Positions 61,372 through 64,000 of a stretch of DNA of 64,000 nucleotides are shown here, one piece after another. This stretch comes from Rhodothermales bacterium (lineage in GTDB: Bacteria > Bacteroidota > Rhodothermia > Rhodothermales > VXPQ01), in assembly GCA_965248175.1 (NCBI GenBank), contig OZ252093.1, positions 2,429,449 through 2,493,448 of the forward strand, given 5' to 3'. Numbering within the stretch: the stretch's first letter is position 1; every line of letters starts with the position of its first letter. The notes beneath the pieces were generated by a model that ran no database searches, was not told the DNA's origin, and worked only from the letters and a program-made list of their open reading frames with translations. The position numbers and the translations under genes were made by a program.

Positions 61372-64000
61372 ATGAGTACTGCCGTTTCCCTGCACCATTC
61401 CTTACAGGGGTTCGCCGCTTCCGTAACCGAGAAATCCAACCAGTTTGTCGCAGGAGAGCCGGAGGAGCAACTGCGCGCTCCGTTCGAGCGCTTTATGCAC
61501 GAAGCGGCTATCGGATTAGGCTGTGATATCGTCTGCACGGGCGAGGCGCCCTTGCCGGATCGTCTCGGCCGTCCCGATTACGCCATCCACCTGAATCAGT
61601 TACTGGCCGGATACGTCGAGCTCAAGGCGCCTGGCGTCGGCGCTGACGACAGAAAATTCGGAGAACGTAACCGCAAGCAATTCCAGCGTTTCTCGTCCGT
61701 TCCGAATATACTCTACACGGACGGCAACGAATGGGCGTTATATCGAAACGGCGAGCGCATTGGTGCGGTTGTTCGTCTCTCTGGCGATATTGCTACAGAG
61801 GGATCAAGCGCTGTAACTGCTGAGGACGCAGGCGCCGTGCAGCGTCTCCTGGGCAATTTTCTTTCGTGGGGTCCACACATTCCTTTGGACCGCACAGGAA
61901 ATGTCGAACTAAAGGGATTCGCCGAATTGCTGGCTCCTCTCTGCCGCATGTTGCGTGACGACGTGTCCGATGCGCTCAATGACGCCGCGTCTCCTCTGGT
62001 GCATCTTGCGGAAGACTGGCGGCAGCTCCTGTTTCCTGACGCCTCGGACAACCAGTTCGCCGACGCCTACGCCCAGACGGTTGCTTTTGCTTTGCTACTG
62101 GCCCGCAGTGAAGGAGCCGATCCGCTTACGCTCGAAAGTGCAGAGAAAACCCTCAATGTGCAGCACAGCCTGTTGTCGCGGGCTTTGAAAATTCTGACGG
62201 ATGACCAGGCCCGCTCCGATATTGCCGCATCGCTCGACTTGCTATTGCGCGTCATCGCTGTCGTACCGCTTGCGGCATTAGCGGGCCCTAGGGATCCCTG
62301 GCTCTATTTTTACGAAGATTTCCTCGCCGCATACGATGATAAACTGCGCAAGGACGCGGGAGTCTATTACACTCCGGTCGAGGTGGTCCGCGCCCAAGTG
62401 CGTCTAATCGACAATTTGCTGGGTTCTCGCCTCGGGAAACAATGGGGATTCGCGGACGAAGATGTGGTGACCCTGGATCCGGCAGTGGGAACGGGTACCT
62501 ATCTGCTCGGTGTGATCGAACATACTCTTGGCCGGATCGGGAAGGAACAGGGCAAGGGGGCTATTCCCGGAATGGCCACCAAACTGGCGCGGAACCTGTA
62601 CGGTTTCGAATTGATGGTCGGTCCCTATGCCGTCACAGAATTGCGCGTCAGTCGCGCCCTTGCCGACCGGGGCGCTTCGCTTTCTCAAGTAGGCGGCGTG
62701 CATATTTATCTGACGGACACGCTCGAAAGCCCTGAAGCCGAGTTACGTAATCAAGCATTCTATTTGCAGCCCATTTCGGATCAGCACCAGAAGGCGCTGG
62801 AGATCAAGAAGGGGGTATCTGTGATGGTTTGTCTGGGCAATCCGCCTTACGATCGCCATGAAGCGGCCACAAAAGACAATAAGGCCCGCACCGGGCATTG
62901 GGTGCGTTGGGGCGATGGCAAGGCCGACGGGAAAGCTATTCTGAGCAGTTTTCTCGATCCCGTGAAAAAAGCCGGACACGGCGGCCATCTCAAAAATCTG
63001 TACAACCTGTACGTCTATTTCTGGCGCTGGGCATTATGGAAGGTTTTCGAGCACGAGAACGGTCCGGGCGTGGTCAGTTTCATCAGTGCATCGAGTTATC
63101 TCGACGGCATTGCTTTCGGCGGGATGCGCGAACATATGCGCCGGCTTTGCGACGAGGTATGGATACTCGATCTCGGCGGCGAGGGGCGTGGCGCTCGCCA
63201 GAGCGAGAATGTATTCGATATCCAGATGCCTGTGGCTATTGCCGTGGCGTTGCGCTCGGACAAGGCGAAGAAGAAAAAACCCTCTCCGGCGAATCCTACG
63301 TTTTTCGACCAGCGACCGGAAGCGGGTGAGGGGAAGCAGGTCAAACCTGCCCGGGTCCGTTACGCCCGCATTGAGGGCACGCGCAAGGAGAAACTCGCTG
63401 CGCTTGATGGTATAGACAGTTTCGCCAATATCCAATGGGAGGAGTGTGCGGACGATTGGCAGGCTCCGTTTCGCCCGCCGGGTAAGGGGGATTACTTTAC
63501 CTGGCCTCTTCTAACGAACCTGATGCCGTGGCAGCACTCGGGTATACAGTTGAAACGAACCTGGCCTATTGCGCCGGATCAGGCAACGCTCGAACGTCGA
63601 TGGAGCGCATTGTTGGGGGCAGAAAATAGAGCAGAAGCATTCAAGGAAACACGGGATCGCAAGATTGATTCGATATGCTTTCCGCTTCTTGAGAGAAATC
63701 CGGAACCTCTTCTGCCTTTGGCAAACTTACCCAAAGGTACGTCATTACCTCGCATGGAGCGTTATGCCTACCGGTCATTCGACCGACAGTGGTTTTTTGT
63801 TGATACGCGTTTGGGCGATTACCTTCGCCCTGACCTTTGGCGCGCCCATAGTGAACGACAGGTATATTTGACGAGTTTGTTTTCCGACCCGATAGGACCG
63901 GGTCTAGCAGTAACAGCTTGCGCATATTTGCCTGATCTTCATCATTTCTCCGGGCGTGGCGGCAAGGATACAGTTCCTCTCTATTGTTCTGCCGACACAT
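61372..64000 (+). CDS. fused PD-(D/E)xK nuclease / N6-adenine DNA methyltransferase, MmeI-like type IIG (type ISP C-terminal-domain-like); 3' end outside the window
   Basis: Not in the ORF track (no stop before the window end); my translation from ATG 61372 is open for 876 codons. GRPDYAIHLNQLLAGYVELKAPG (D...ExK, 61575-61626) followed by NILYTDGNEWALYRNGE. Methyltransferase motif I is VVTLDPAVGTGTYL and motif IV is CLGNPPYD (62839-62850). The late block YAYRSFDRQWFFVDTRL is as in the type ISP C-terminal domain. Confidence 0.8.
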   Translation, partial: MSTAVSLHHSLQGFAASVTEKSNQFVAGEPEEQLRAPFERFMHEAAIGLGCDIVCTGEAPLPDRLGRPDYAIHLNQLLAGYVELKAPGVGADDRKFGERNRKQFQRFSSVPNILYTDGNEWALYRNGERIGAVVRLSGDIATEGSSAVTAEDAGAVQRLLGNFLSWGPHIPLDRTGNVELKGFAELLAPLCRMLRDDVSDALNDAASPLVHLAEDWRQLLFPDASDNQFADAYAQTVAFALLLARSEGADPLTLESAEKTLNVQHSLLSRALKILTDDQARSDIAASLDLLLRVIAVVPLAALAGPRDPWLYFYEDFLAAYDDKLRKDAGVYYTPVEVVRAQVRLIDNLLGSRLGKQWGFADEDVVTLDPAVGTGTYLLGVIEHTLGRIGKEQGKGAIPGMATKLARNLYGFELMVGPYAVTELRVSRALADRGASLSQVGGVHIYLTDTLESPEAELRNQAFYLQPISDQHQKALEIKKGVSVMVCLGNPPYDRHEAATKDNKARTGHWVRWGDGKADGKAILSSFLDPVKKAGHGGHLKNLYNLYVYFWRWALWKVFEHENGPGVVSFISASSYLDGIAFGGMREHMRRLCDEVWILDLGGEGRGARQSENVFDIQMPVAIAVALRSDKAKKKKPSPANPTFFDQRPEAGEGKQVKPARVRYARIEGTRKEKLAALDGIDSFANIQWEECADDWQAPFRPPGKGDYFTWPLLTNLMPWQHSGIQLKRTWPIAPDQATLERRWSALLGAENRAEAFKETRDRKIDSICFPLLERNPEPLLPLANLPKGTSLPRMERYAYRSFDRQWFFVDTRLGDYLRPDLWRAHSERQVYLTSLFSDPIGPGLAVTACAYLPDLHHFSGRGGKDTVPLYCSADT

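Overview
This is 64 kb of high-GC bacterial chromosome. Three type IX secretion (T9SS) C-terminal sorting domains suggest a Bacteroidota/Rhodothermota-like organism. Most of the window is housekeeping. It contains ligA, a RodZ-like gene, parC-parE, gpsA-plsY and two tandem Cys/Met PLP enzymes. A roughly 20 kb reverse-strand biosynthetic block follows: ilvBNC-leuB-leuA-leuCD-cimA-gltBD-thrBC-(squalene/phytoene-synthase-like)-purM. There is also a run of exported hydrolases: two S8 proteases, a sulfatase, an esterase and a DUF3500 protein.

Four small accessory patches interrupt this background.
1. 4.6-7.7 kb: a translationally coupled ABC/AAA-type ATPase + DUF4276 pair, tRNA-Lys(CTT) with a 35-bp tandem repeat of its 3' end, and vapBC.
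2. 26.9-30.0 kb: an intact IS5-family element, plus DUF5131, IS3-OrfA and RhuM/Fic pseudogene debris.
3. 34.6-36.7 kb: an IS1595-family insertion with target-site duplication (TSD) and an orphan T9SS sorting-domain fragment.
4. 61.4 kb to the window end: the first 876 codons of an MmeI-like fused nuclease-methyltransferase (type IIG/ISP-like).

The best candidate for an uncharacterised system is the ATPase + DUF4276 (Toprim-like) cassette. The best regulatory find is a 47-codon leader ORF ending VVLLLGLIIITV upstream of ilvB. No rRNA genes or CRISPR arrays were seen. All calls rest on reading the sequence and on remembered family motifs; no searches were run.
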